Source of the DNA: a virus
Taxonomy: Duplodnaviria > Caudoviricetes
Direction: 5' to 3' (one strand)
Virus record (IMG/VR): IMGVR_UViG_3300017914_000046
Location: 1 to 58,946 of that record
Length of the DNA stretch: 58,946 nucleotides
The notes below the pieces were generated by a model that saw only the letters and a program-made list of their open reading frames with translations, was not told the DNA's origin and made no database searches. Below, one piece after another: positions 10,401 to 19,159 of this stretch (positions within the stretch are counted from its first letter, which is position 1; each line of letters opens with the position of its first letter). The position numbers were made by a program, and so were the translations under genes.

Positions 10401-11754
10401 TTTTAGTGATAGACATGAGGTGAGATGGGGAAGTCAGTGGCAAACCCGTGTTTATAATGGCTACGAACAAGCATACGGCTCATACCGTGCACCTATCTTC
10501 TACGACAGTGACAATACTAGTTACTACACTAATCCCGCAAGCACATCCCGTGTAAATACCTTATGGGCCTCTACAGGCGCAACAGGTGGTAAAGTTAATG
10601 TTGGTGGCACCAGTTCTGGTTCTGCTATGAATATTAACTACGATCAGATATGGACAGCATCAGGGAACCTACACTTACAGTACAGTGCGGCTGGTAATAT
10701 TGACATGAACTTTGGTGGCGGTTATGCATATAGCCGTACATCTTTACGTGCACCTATCTTCTACGACTACGACGATACTGCTTACTACGTTAATCCTGCG
10801 AGCACATCACGCCTAAACGCAATCGACTTTGGCGATAGTAGCCCAACATTGCAGCAAGACGGTCATTATCTCAAAATAGTAGGTACTAATGGGAACATTA
10901 GCATTGGTTCAGGTAACAGTTCTTACACGCACTTTTATTCAGACAGAGGCCAATATTACTTTAATGTAGGTTTGATGGTGGATGGCTATGGCGTCCGTAT
11001 GTACGACACAGGTGCTGATGTTCGTTCATATATCTACTACGATCAAGGCAACACTGCCTATTATGTTAATGCTGATGGAACGTCTAACCTTAACGGTCTT
11101 AGCCTAGCTGGCTCATTATCAGGAGGCTCAATTAGTGGCGGCACTATCACAGCAAGCACTAAGTTTAATGGCCCCTATATGGAGGACAGCAACAATACAG
11201 CTTATTTTATAAATCCTGCTGGCCCGTCTAATGTAAGCACTTTAGAAATAAACGGTAACAGTCAAATGCTTGGTGGAGCAATCCTCAGATTTGGGCCAAA
11301 CCTAAGCACTCATAATCTGGAAATACAGGATACTGGAAGCTACAACCGTATAGATACAGAAAACCAAGATCTATTTATCAGAGGTGTTGGCAGAAGTGTC
11401 CACCTGTCTGCTTCTTATTCAGGTACGCCAACTATAGTTGTAAAGGCTTCAGTCAATGGTTTGGCATACCTATACGCAAGCGGAAGTGAGAAACTTAGAA
11501 CGAGCAGTAGTGGTATTACGGTCACGGGTACAGTAGCAGCCACTAGCTACACAGGTGATGGTTCTAACCTGACAGGCATCTCTGCAGGTGCTACAGGTGG
11601 TGGCTCAGATGAGATATTCTGGGAGAACGGACAAAACGTTACAACCAACTACACCATCACTAACGGTCAGAATGCTATGAGTGCTGGGCCTATTACGATT
11701 AACTCTGGTGTCACTGTCACTATTGGCGCTGGTGAAGCTTGGACAATTGTATAA
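7453..11754 (+). CDS. Long tail fibre protein
   Basis: 1433 aa, Gly/Thr/Asn/Ser-rich; GLDADxxDG fibre motifs; six RAPIFYD-type repeats. Confidence 0.85.
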   Translation: MALIIKDRVKEITTTTGTGDVSLGGASATFDAFQSVMSNGDTTFYAIVHTASGTDEWEVGLATWNTGNTLTRTTVYAGSNGASAVNFSSGNKDIFMTYPASKAVVAGEDVTFADVTATDITSTGTVTLSADPSSSLQAATKQYVDTIAAAGIHYHTPVRVEHPSNLNATYNNGSSGVGATLTNAGTNAALVLDNVNMALNDRVLVANQTDQTQNGVYTVTTVGDGSTAWVLTRSTDTDTAGPSDPNAFGKGDAFFIKEGDTNAGHLDVLTTTGTIVFGTTNIVFSEVAETSIYSAGTGLTLTGTTFSTNQDISTSASPTFNNITVTGTVDGRDVATDGSKLDGIEANATADQTAAEIKTAYESNSDTNAFTDAEQTKLSGIETGATGDQTASEILTAIKTVDGAASGLDADLLDGQQGSYYLNTSTTFSGDVSGTYNNIVVANDSHTHSNYITSNAADTLGAILTLNTSGYLYGSDNFPLVQVYDSNQAYFGSTSRAYVTLASSSTTGVRARVGTTYYTMWHSGNDGSGSGLDADTVDGIQAANFARSDTSDTLSGATYTFNANSTNVKLSMTGHGGASAYNYFLNASNDGGNRAVHFVNGTTRTADGGANTYTIRNDGGTLRLGKSTYNTILEGSLISATARLDVDQELKIINGDGSNTHFNYTNGSDNYIRGNITTIDTGVDLNQNNLYDVGTLTATTIRAGDGNDGRFFSDTNGRTAFADGDFYIQTSVGNFYNYATNQYLGNTSGDNIYVRGNTISGNSWSITGAGVGTFGTDARAPIFYDNDNTGYYVDPSSTSNIYNLQTANQVVIGGTFSNNSYNSVSSTRLTFGGAAQINDYFIGTNLNNYGGNYTKLDLRWHTGIRMGAQQQYGGVRIFDSEDVGTRLFSVAEGDAHVRVTNTLYAANFYDINNTAYYVDPNSTGTSINVRGVIQNPSVWINDGDNYNDYNENIRLFAPSGNGVAVIAFRASGTAGLPDSSILGFSDRHEVRWGSQWQTRVYNGYEQAYGSYRAPIFYDSDNTSYYTNPASTSRVNTLWASTGATGGKVNVGGTSSGSAMNINYDQIWTASGNLHLQYSAAGNIDMNFGGGYAYSRTSLRAPIFYDYDDTAYYVNPASTSRLNAIDFGDSSPTLQQDGHYLKIVGTNGNISIGSGNSSYTHFYSDRGQYYFNVGLMVDGYGVRMYDTGADVRSYIYYDQGNTAYYVNADGTSNLNGLSLAGSLSGGSISGGTITASTKFNGPYMEDSNNTAYFINPAGPSNVSTLEINGNSQMLGGAILRFGPNLSTHNLEIQDTGSYNRIDTENQDLFIRGVGRSVHLSASYSGTPTIVVKASVNGLAYLYASGSEKLRTSSSGITVTGTVAATSYTGDGSNLTGISAGATGGGSDEIFWENGQNVTTNYTITNGQNAMSAGPITINSGVTVTIGAGEAWTIV

Positions 11755-11969
11755 TGTATGACATGCTGCTATCATCTGATACAGGTTTAACTTATGGTAA
11801 CATAGTTATAACACCTAGTGAGCTAGAGAAATACATAGCTGGTATAGATATAATAGATGGCTTATTAGTAATAGAAGGTGTAAAATTCGTGAATTTAGAC
11901 AATAGACAATACATTGTAGATCAACTTGGAGTTAAGCACCAACTTGAAGAATTAATGGAGGCCGCATAA
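11754..11969 (+). CDS. Hypothetical protein (tail region)
   Basis: ATG overlaps the fibre stop codon (TAATG). Confidence 0.5.
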   Translation: MYDMLLSSDTGLTYGNIVITPSELEKYIAGIDIIDGLLVIEGVKFVNLDNRQYIVDQLGVKHQLEELMEAA

Positions 11970-12277
11970 TGTCAACAGTATTACGTGGTAATGACAACTT
12001 TGATAGTGCTAGTCCTGTTCCAACAACACACGGCGCAGTTGGTACTTATACATCAGCTTACGTTGCATATTCAGCTACTATAACTAGAGGCTCAACTATT
12101 TCAGGAAGCAGTCTTTTGCAATCTAATGCCGCTTTTACGCATGACATGGAAAGGTCGTATAACCAAGCAACTGCTAGTGCTGGATTAAGTGGTACTTGGA
12201 GGGCAATGAGCAGGGCCGTTAATACAACAGAAAGCGGTTTTAATGTAGGTTCTGTGCTTTGGGTGAGGATTAGTTAA
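11969..12277 (+). CDS. Tail fibre tip-like protein
   Basis: GAVGTY...LSGTWRAM...LWVRIS resembles fibre C-terminal tip modules; followed by a chaperone gene. Confidence 0.55.
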   Translation: MSTVLRGNDNFDSASPVPTTHGAVGTYTSAYVAYSATITRGSTISGSSLLQSNAAFTHDMERSYNQATASAGLSGTWRAMSRAVNTTESGFNVGSVLWVRIS

Positions 12278-12693
12278 TGAGTATTGAAATAACAAATGTG
12301 CGCAACGCACGTTCATTAAACCTATCTAATACCTGTATGGATGTAGAGATAGAACATCCAGTCTATGGTTGGATACCATACACAATCACTGATACAGACA
12401 CAGACACAACTATCAATAACGATAATCTTATGAGCCTAATTGGTTCTGACTTTGAAGCGTATGTTCCACCTACACAGGAAGAACTAGATGCACAGGCAGC
12501 GGCAGCGGTTCGTGGTCAACGTGACATGATTTTGGAGATAGAAGTTGACCCAATTGTATCTAACCCATTGCGCTGGGCAGACATGACCACAGAACAGCAA
12601 AACGCTTGGTCACAGTATCGCACTGACTTACTGAACATCACAGGTCAAGCAGGGTTTCCACACAACATAACTTGGCCTACTAAACCAGAGTAA
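12277..12693 (+). CDS. Tail fibre assembly chaperone
   Basis: HPVYGWIPYT and WSQYRTDLLNIT...GFPHNITWPTKPE motifs of Tfa-like chaperones. Confidence 0.75.
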   Translation: MSIEITNVRNARSLNLSNTCMDVEIEHPVYGWIPYTITDTDTDTTINNDNLMSLIGSDFEAYVPPTQEELDAQAAAAVRGQRDMILEIEVDPIVSNPLRWADMTTEQQNAWSQYRTDLLNITGQAGFPHNITWPTKPE

Positions 12694-12719
12694 GGATTAT
12701 TTAATATAGCAGGTACAAC

Positions 12720-13100
12720 ATGACAACATGGATATATAACTTTTCTGTTTATGACAATGAAAGTGCCGCACTAGATGCAGTTACAGCTTTAAAAAATGAA
12801 CTGGATAATATGCCAACGACTTACGTTGAGGTAAAGTTGCTTTCTGGAAATGCAGTAGATGGTTGGGTTGTGCCAACAGAGAGGCTGACGGACGATCAGA
12901 TAAACGCAGGGCTAAATGCGGACAGCTTCTACAATGTTTCTGCGATTGCAGAAGGTATCACTCACATTGGAGTTTCGGGGACTGATGCAACAACAAAAAT
13001 TCTTGAAATTAGGAAATTGTATGCGCAAAGATGCAGTGCTGATGTTATTCGCAAAGAATATGCGCCGACAAATCACGACATGTCAGGATATGTAGAATGA
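12720..13100 (+). CDS. Hypothetical protein (tail region)
   Basis: ORF in the late operon, coupled to the next gene. Confidence 0.55.
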   Translation: MTTWIYNFSVYDNESAALDAVTALKNELDNMPTTYVEVKLLSGNAVDGWVVPTERLTDDQINAGLNADSFYNVSAIAEGITHIGVSGTDATTKILEIRKLYAQRCSADVIRKEYAPTNHDMSGYVE

Positions 13101-13654
13101 GTACATTAAAAGTAGATACACTTCAAACAACCACAGGTGCAGCCCAAGAATTTGGTAAAGTTCTACAAGTAGTTGATAACTACAACACAGATTTCTCGAC
13201 TACTACAGGCAGTATTAATAGCCGCACAAATGTAGCCAACATGGGTACAACCATTACACCCAGTAGTACTTCTAGTAAAGTCTTAATAATGGTCCACTGG
13301 ACAGGAGAGCTAAGTACTCAACACGCTGCTTACAACGGCATGTGGGGTCTAAAGAGAGGTACAACTGTGATTGGACAGCCTACTTCTACAGGTAGTACCT
13401 CTGCTGGTGATATAGGTATAGCTCAACCAGTTATATCTTACTGGAGCAGTGATGCAAACTCTACTATGGAGAGCCTTCATTTTCACTATTTAGACAGCCC
13501 TTCTACAACTTCTGCAACAACGTATTACTTATGGTTTTCTTCTGGCTCTTATAATTTAACTATAAAAAGTGGTGGGGTATACGGCTGGACTACAAGCAGA
13601 ACTACTCAGTTTGAACGTGGTACTTATGGTATGACATTGATGGAGATCGGATAA
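13097..13654 (+). CDS. Putative short fibre/receptor-binding protein
   Basis: MSTLKVDTLQ...GKVLQVV...ITPSSTSSKVLI...YLDSPSTTSATTY...LMEIG, typical of small fibre proteins in marine phages. Confidence 0.55.
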   Translation: MSTLKVDTLQTTTGAAQEFGKVLQVVDNYNTDFSTTTGSINSRTNVANMGTTITPSSTSSKVLIMVHWTGELSTQHAAYNGMWGLKRGTTVIGQPTSTGSTSAGDIGIAQPVISYWSSDANSTMESLHFHYLDSPSTTSATTYYLWFSSGSYNLTIKSGGVYGWTTSRTTQFERGTYGMTLMEIG

Positions 13655-13986
13655 TGAGTGTTTTAAAAGGTACTGCAATGGTAGAAGCTATTATTGCACT
13701 TCGTCCAAATTGTACATGGAGTATTACAGGTGATGAACAGTTATTTTCTGATCTTGTATGGGACGAGTCTAACGAAGTAGCTCCACCTACAGAGGAAGAA
13801 GTTGCGGCTAAGACAGAAGAAATACGTGCAGAACGTCTAGCCACAGCTTATCAACGTAAACGTAAAAAAGAATATAACAAACTCAATCAGTTTGAACTTA
13901 TGTTTAATGATAAGATAAACGGGACTACTACGTGGCAAGAGGCCATCAATAATATCAAACTAAGATTCCCGAAGCCAACGGAGTAA
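13654..13986 (+). CDS. Putative fibre chaperone
   Basis: ALRPNCTW...PPTEEE...YQRKRKKEY...IKLRFPKP; coupled to the preceding gene. Confidence 0.5.
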   Translation: MSVLKGTAMVEAIIALRPNCTWSITGDEQLFSDLVWDESNEVAPPTEEEVAAKTEEIRAERLATAYQRKRKKEYNKLNQFELMFNDKINGTTTWQEAINNIKLRFPKPTE

Positions 13987-13989
13987 GTC

Positions 13990-15036
13990 ATGCCTACAAT
14001 AGTTTTAGGAGGTTCTAATGGTATGAGCTATGATGGCTCTACTATTAGTCAGACTGCTTTAGCAGGTAAAAGCAATAGTATTACCACTGCTAGTAACGCA
14101 TTAACTCTTGATGTATGTAGTTTTGATAACGTAAATGAAAAATTTTATGACGATCAAGGGGAAAGAGGTCTTGGTGGAACGGACTACACTATTTCAAGCA
14201 ACTCATCAGACGTGACTATTACATCTGCACAATTAACAGCAGGACTAATGGGTGGTAACGTTAATATAAATTCTGGAGTTTATGTTTACTCAACAAGCAC
14301 ATCAACACCTGCTTTAACTCTTCAAGTTAGTGGCGCAAACATTGTAAACAGCGGTTATATAATCGGCATGGGCGGAGATGGCGGTGGAACCGTTAATGCA
14401 GCGGGTCGCTCTGGTTACGATGCTGGCCCTGCGATTAAAATAGAAGGAACTGGTTGTGGTGTTGTAAATAATTCTGGCGGCTACATTGCTGGTGGAGGCG
14501 GCGGTGGCGGCGAATGGGGCGGCGGCGGTGGTGCTGGCGGTGGTCGAGGCGGTCGAGGAAATCACTACACAGGTAGCTATAGCAGTCTCACAGGTTCTCT
14601 TATGGCTGTTGCTGCATTAAACGCAGTAGGAGCTAATGCTACATATACAGGAACAGCAAGCTCACAAACCACGGCTACAGGCGGCGGAGCAGGTGGCGGC
14701 GGGGGCGGCGGTTATGATGCGGGTTCGGGCAACACTGGGTCATCAGGCGGCGGAGGTGGTGGTCGTAAGATCGCTAGTGGTCGAACTGGTGGTGCTGGAG
14801 GTTCTGCATCAGCTTGTGGTGGCTTTGGAAACAGAGGGTGCGGTGGTGCTGGTGGATCAGATGGAAGTTCGGGAAGTAATTATAATGGCGGCATTGGCTC
14901 TGGCGGCGGTGGAGGTTGGGGCGCAGCGGGTGGAAACGGAGCAGGTGGAACAGGCGGCGCAGGTGGTGCTGCGGTAGACGGTAACGGAAACACCTACACA
15001 TTAACAAATAACGGGACGGTTTACGGATCGACTTAA
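13990..15036 (+). CDS. Glycine-rich adhesin-like tail protein
   Basis: Many poly-Gly runs with NSGYIIGMGG/NNSGGYIAGGGGGG, reminiscent of T-even gp38 polyglycine adhesins. Confidence 0.6.
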   Translation: MPTIVLGGSNGMSYDGSTISQTALAGKSNSITTASNALTLDVCSFDNVNEKFYDDQGERGLGGTDYTISSNSSDVTITSAQLTAGLMGGNVNINSGVYVYSTSTSTPALTLQVSGANIVNSGYIIGMGGDGGGTVNAAGRSGYDAGPAIKIEGTGCGVVNNSGGYIAGGGGGGGEWGGGGGAGGGRGGRGNHYTGSYSSLTGSLMAVAALNAVGANATYTGTASSQTTATGGGAGGGGGGGYDAGSGNTGSSGGGGGGRKIASGRTGGAGGSASACGGFGNRGCGGAGGSDGSSGSNYNGGIGSGGGGGWGAAGGNGAGGTGGAGGAAVDGNGNTYTLTNNGTVYGST

Positions 15037-15063
15037 TTTAGCCAATAACGATAGGAGATCAAA

Positions 15064-15417
15064 ATGGCATTAACACTAACATGGGAAGTAACTGGTGTAA
15101 AAACCAAAAACGAAACTAACATAGATGGCGTTACATTAAGTGATGCTGTAGTACAAACGTACTGGAAATGCACAGGCGTAGATGCAGACGGTAACGAAGG
15201 TAGCTTTTCAGGTGCTACACCTTTTACTGCAGCTAACGTACCAGCAGGTTCATTTGTAGCATTTGCTGATCTAACAGAGGCAACAGTACTAGGCTGGATT
15301 CAAGCAGTTGTTGTAGGTGGCTACATGGATCACGTACAAGAGCAAATTCAAAAACAAATTGACTCTGCTACAATACAAGAACCTGGGCTACCTTGGGCAC
15401 CCGCTGAAGAAGAGTAA
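15064..15417 (+). CDS. Hypothetical tail-associated protein
   Basis: AGGAG RBS; FVAFADLTEATVLGWI...LPW motif. Confidence 0.6.
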   Translation: MALTLTWEVTGVKTKNETNIDGVTLSDAVVQTYWKCTGVDADGNEGSFSGATPFTAANVPAGSFVAFADLTEATVLGWIQAVVVGGYMDHVQEQIQKQIDSATIQEPGLPWAPAEEE

Positions 15418-15421
15418 ATAA

Positions 15422-16591
15422 ATGCTAGGCTTTTCTAGTTTTTCCCAAGCTACGTTTTCATCTACAGGTGCTGCTGCGCTTGCTGCTCTTGGCTATCTAG
15501 CTACGACATCAGCGCAGCTTGCAGCAGGTACTTTAATATCTAACGGTCAAGCTGGACCAATATTACCTGCTGCTACTGCTACCTTTACAGCTAATGCTTT
15601 TGGTGATGTAGATGCACAAGCTACAACAGAACTAGTAAACGCCCTAGCCTCGTTTAACATAGCTACCCTAGCTGATATAGATGCTCAAGCTAGTACAACT
15701 ATACCAGCAGCTACAGCTAGTTTTACTGCAGCAGCATTTGATGATGTAGATGCACAGGCTAATACAACTTTATCAGGTGCAACATCTACTTTTGCTGCTT
15801 CAGCACTTGACTTTGATGCACAGGCAAGTATAACTACTACTAATGTAGTTGCTTCTTCTAGCATTAGTGACTTTACTTCTGTAACAGGTAAAGCTAATAT
15901 TACACCAAGTGGTGCTACAGCTACCTTTGCATTAGACATAGACTTTGACGCTAAAGCAAACACAAGCATAGGCGGCTCAGTTACAGCCACACTTACTGCT
16001 GCAGATGTTGAGGGTGACGGTCAAGCAAGTGGATTCTTATCTACTACTGCAGCATTCCTCTCTATCTATATCTCAGACTTTGCAGACGAGGATGCACAAG
16101 CTAGAGCATTCATGCCAGTGGCAGCGTCTAGCATTACAGCAAGTGACTTCGGTGACGTAGACGCTAAAGCTAATACAACCAGTGAATCTGTAACAGCCGC
16201 ACTAGCAGTATCAGCATTCGATGATGTAGATGCTAAAGCTAACACAACACCCAGCGCAGTAACAGCTACAATAGCTAACGCAGCGTTTGACGATGTAGAC
16301 GCACAGGCAACAGTAGTACCACCTTCTGTCGTATTAACCCCAGCTATAGATTTAGATGACCCTATTGCTGTAAGGTTTGACTTCGGTCAGTTTGCTGACA
16401 GTTACGATAGATCAAGAGTGCTTTATATAGTTTCTTACGGTGGTAGTGATACCGTACATGTTACTGAAGAAAACAGAACAGTTTATATAGATTCATACGG
16501 TGGTAGTAATACTATACATGTTACTGAAGAAAACAGAACAGTTTATATAGATAAAGATATGCAGAACTACACTGTGTATATTGCAGCATAA
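15422..16591 (+). CDS. Ala/Thr-rich repetitive structural protein
   Basis: About ten FxDVDA(Q/K)A(N/S)T repeats. Confidence 0.65.
   Translation: MLGFSSFSQATFSSTGAAALAALGYLATTSAQLAAGTLISNGQAGPILPAATATFTANAFGDVDAQATTELVNALASFNIATLADIDAQASTTIPAATASFTAAAFDDVDAQANTTLSGATSTFAASALDFDAQASITTTNVVASSSISDFTSVTGKANITPSGATATFALDIDFDAKANTSIGGSVTATLTAADVEGDGQASGFLSTTAAFLSIYISDFADEDAQARAFMPVAASSITASDFGDVDAKANTTSESVTAALAVSAFDDVDAKANTTPSAVTATIANAAFDDVDAQATVVPPSVVLTPAIDLDDPIAVRFDFGQFADSYDRSRVLYIVSYGGSDTVHVTEENRTVYIDSYGGSNTIHVTEENRTVYIDKDMQNYTVYIAA
16433..16552 (+). repeat. In-frame 60-bp tandem duplication
   Basis: SYGGSDTVHVTEENRTVYID / SYGGSNTIHVTEENRTVYID; the second halves are identical in DNA. Confidence 0.9.
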
Positions 16592-16600
16592 GGACACAAT

Positions 16601-16918
16601 ATGTCTTATAAATGGCCCGACAAAGATCCTGATGAAATGTTAGACTACAGTGTAGACTGGTCACGCTTTTTAGGCGATGATACTATATCGTCTGTAACTT
16701 GGTACATCTATGACGGAGACGGAGTTAAACAACAAATGTCTGATTCTTCTGTAGTTAATGGGCTGCAGTTTGTTCAGGGTACTATTTCAGGGCGTGTAGC
16801 TACAGCAAGGTTTTCATTAGGGACTAATAATATACGTTATAACGTTGTCTGTCGTATAAACACAGGGGAAAATCTACAGTATGAACGTTCTATTTTCCTA
16901 CGTGTTAAGGAGAAATAA
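16601..16918 (+). CDS. Putative fibre-tail adaptor protein
   Basis: KDPDEMLDYSVDWS N-terminal motif of small phage adaptor proteins. Confidence 0.55.
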   Translation: MSYKWPDKDPDEMLDYSVDWSRFLGDDTISSVTWYIYDGDGVKQQMSDSSVVNGLQFVQGTISGRVATARFSLGTNNIRYNVVCRINTGENLQYERSIFLRVKEK

Positions 16919-16921
16919 AAT

Positions 16922-17611
16922 ATGGCGTATGATTATTTAGGTTTAGTTAATGATGTTAACCGCAGACTAAACGAAGTAGAATTAACTGCAGCAAACTTTG
17001 CATCTACTACAGGTTATTATAGTTTTGCTAAAGATGCAGTTAATGCAGCTATTCGCCATATCCAACAGGAAGAATATGGTTGGCCTTGGAATCACGTAGA
17101 AGAAACTGAAGTATTAGTTCCTGGTACAGTTCGATATGGTTTTCCTTACGACTCTAAAATTGTAGATATGAATACGTTTAGAATTAAACGTAATGATGCT
17201 TTAAATGTAACGACTAAAAAACTTAGGGTTATATCTTACGAAGAGTACTTGACTAAGTATGCTGATCAAGAATATAATTCTAATACTAGTATTAGGACTG
17301 TACCGACACATGTTGCAAGAACTCCAAGCAGAGAGTTTATGATTTATCCAAGTCCAGATAAAGCATATGAACTTGTTTACGAATATTATAGAACGGGTTT
17401 TGATTTAGAAAACGCTACGGATGTTTGTAACTTACCAGAACAATATCGTTATGTTATTGTAGACGGTGCAATGCACTATGTCTATCAGTTCCGTGGTGAC
17501 ACACAAGCATCTCAAATAGCAATGCAAAAATTTGAGCAAGGTATTAAGTATCTGCGGAGTCTACACATTAACCGTACAGATTACTTAGGTGATACAAGAG
17601 TTGGATTCTAA
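16922..17611 (+). CDS. Head-tail adaptor (tail tubular protein A-like)
   Basis: 229 aa; LVNDVNRRLNE, WPWN, IYPSPDKAY motifs; precedes the nozzle gene. Confidence 0.7.
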   Translation: MAYDYLGLVNDVNRRLNEVELTAANFASTTGYYSFAKDAVNAAIRHIQQEEYGWPWNHVEETEVLVPGTVRYGFPYDSKIVDMNTFRIKRNDALNVTTKKLRVISYEEYLTKYADQEYNSNTSIRTVPTHVARTPSREFMIYPSPDKAYELVYEYYRTGFDLENATDVCNLPEQYRYVIVDGAMHYVYQFRGDTQASQIAMQKFEQGIKYLRSLHINRTDYLGDTRVGF

Positions 17612-19158
17612 TGGCTACCCAGTGGCAAACATTTCCGATTGAGTTTAGAGGCGGTTTGATCTCTAACCTATCAGCCTTGCAGCACGGTACTAATGCTGTG
17701 GGTTCTGCTACTATTTTACAAAACTTTGAGCCTAACAAAGAAGGTGGCTACTCTAAGATCAAAGGGTACGAAAAGTTTAGCGATACAGAGGTCACAGGTA
17801 GTGGACCTATACTAGCTCTTAAAGTTATCTCTTCAGGTCGTATTATTGTAGCACGTAAGAATGCTAGTAACTACACTCAGTACTATTACGGTACAGGTAC
17901 TACATGGACTAGCATGGCTACAAGCGCAAGTACTAATGGTGGTAAAGCACGTCATGCAGAGTTTAATTTTGATGGTGATGACAAAGTAGTTTTTGTAGAT
18001 GGTACTAACTACCCTGCAATCTATAATACATCTGGAAACACTATGACTTTCTTGACATCTGCAAATAGTACAGATGTTAGTGGTGCAGAAAATGTAGCTG
18101 TCTTTAAGAATACGGCTTTTTACTCTAATGGTAATAACATATTTTTTACTGCACCCCTTACAGTAGATGATTTCAGTGCAGCTAATGGTGCAGGTAGTAT
18201 CAACCTAGGGCAAGATATTACAGGTTTAACTGTTTTTCGTGACCAACTTATTATCTTTACTACCAACAGTATTAAACGCTTAACAGGAAACACTGCAGCA
18301 GATTTTCAAGTATCCCCTATTACAGATCGTATTGGTTGTATTAACGGTGATACAATTCAAGAAGTCGGTGGTGACATTATGTACCTCGCACCTGATGGTA
18401 TCAGACTGTTAAGTGCTACTGATCGTATCGGTGACTTTGGTTTGGATATCGCATCAGATTCTATTGCTAAAGATGCTAGTATATTCCTCGACAGTACATC
18501 TACTTTTTCCTCTGTACTACTACGAGAAAAAGCCCAGTACCGTATTTTTGCATATATTGAGTCAGAACAAAAAACAGTTGCTAAAGGTTTAATAGCTACA
18601 AAGTTTATTGCTCAAGGTGCTACAGGTATTTCGTGGGCTACAACAAAAGGTATAAAAGCATACGTAGCCGATGGTCGTTACTCTGGTGATCAAGAAACAC
18701 TAGCATTCGCTAATGAAGATGGTTACATTTATACTATGAATACGGGTAATGATCTTGATGGTCAAGATATTGAAGCTATTTACGAATCTCCGTTTATGCC
18801 TATATCAGACCCACAGGTTCGTAAGACGTTCTATAAAATGACTCTATATGCTGAACCTACAGGTAGTATGGATTTAGATCTTAACCTTAAGTACGACTTT
18901 GCTTCTGGTACAAATACTGCAACAGTTCAACCTACTACAGTAAGTATAAGCAGTACGGGTACTGCAGTCTTTTTATACGGTGCTTCTAATTCTACTTACA
19001 ACTCAGCTAGGTATGGTGGGGAACTTGACAGCGTATATAACACCAACATTATTGGCTCAGGTAAAACAATAGCAATACGTATAGAAGATAACTCAACTAA
19101 CCCAACATTTACACTCGATACAGCAGTGTTGGAATTTAAACAAAACGATAGGCAATAA
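17611..19158 (+). CDS. Tail nozzle/stabilisation protein (tubular protein B-like)
   Basis: 515 aa beta-rich; ITGLTVFRDQLIIF, IGCINGDTIQEVGGDIMYLAPDG. Confidence 0.7.
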   Translation: MATQWQTFPIEFRGGLISNLSALQHGTNAVGSATILQNFEPNKEGGYSKIKGYEKFSDTEVTGSGPILALKVISSGRIIVARKNASNYTQYYYGTGTTWTSMATSASTNGGKARHAEFNFDGDDKVVFVDGTNYPAIYNTSGNTMTFLTSANSTDVSGAENVAVFKNTAFYSNGNNIFFTAPLTVDDFSAANGAGSINLGQDITGLTVFRDQLIIFTTNSIKRLTGNTAADFQVSPITDRIGCINGDTIQEVGGDIMYLAPDGIRLLSATDRIGDFGLDIASDSIAKDASIFLDSTSTFSSVLLREKAQYRIFAYIESEQKTVAKGLIATKFIAQGATGISWATTKGIKAYVADGRYSGDQETLAFANEDGYIYTMNTGNDLDGQDIEAIYESPFMPISDPQVRKTFYKMTLYAEPTGSMDLDLNLKYDFASGTNTATVQPTTVSISSTGTAVFLYGASNSTYNSARYGGELDSVYNTNIIGSGKTIAIRIEDNSTNPTFTLDTAVLEFKQNDRQ

Positions 19159-19159
19159 C

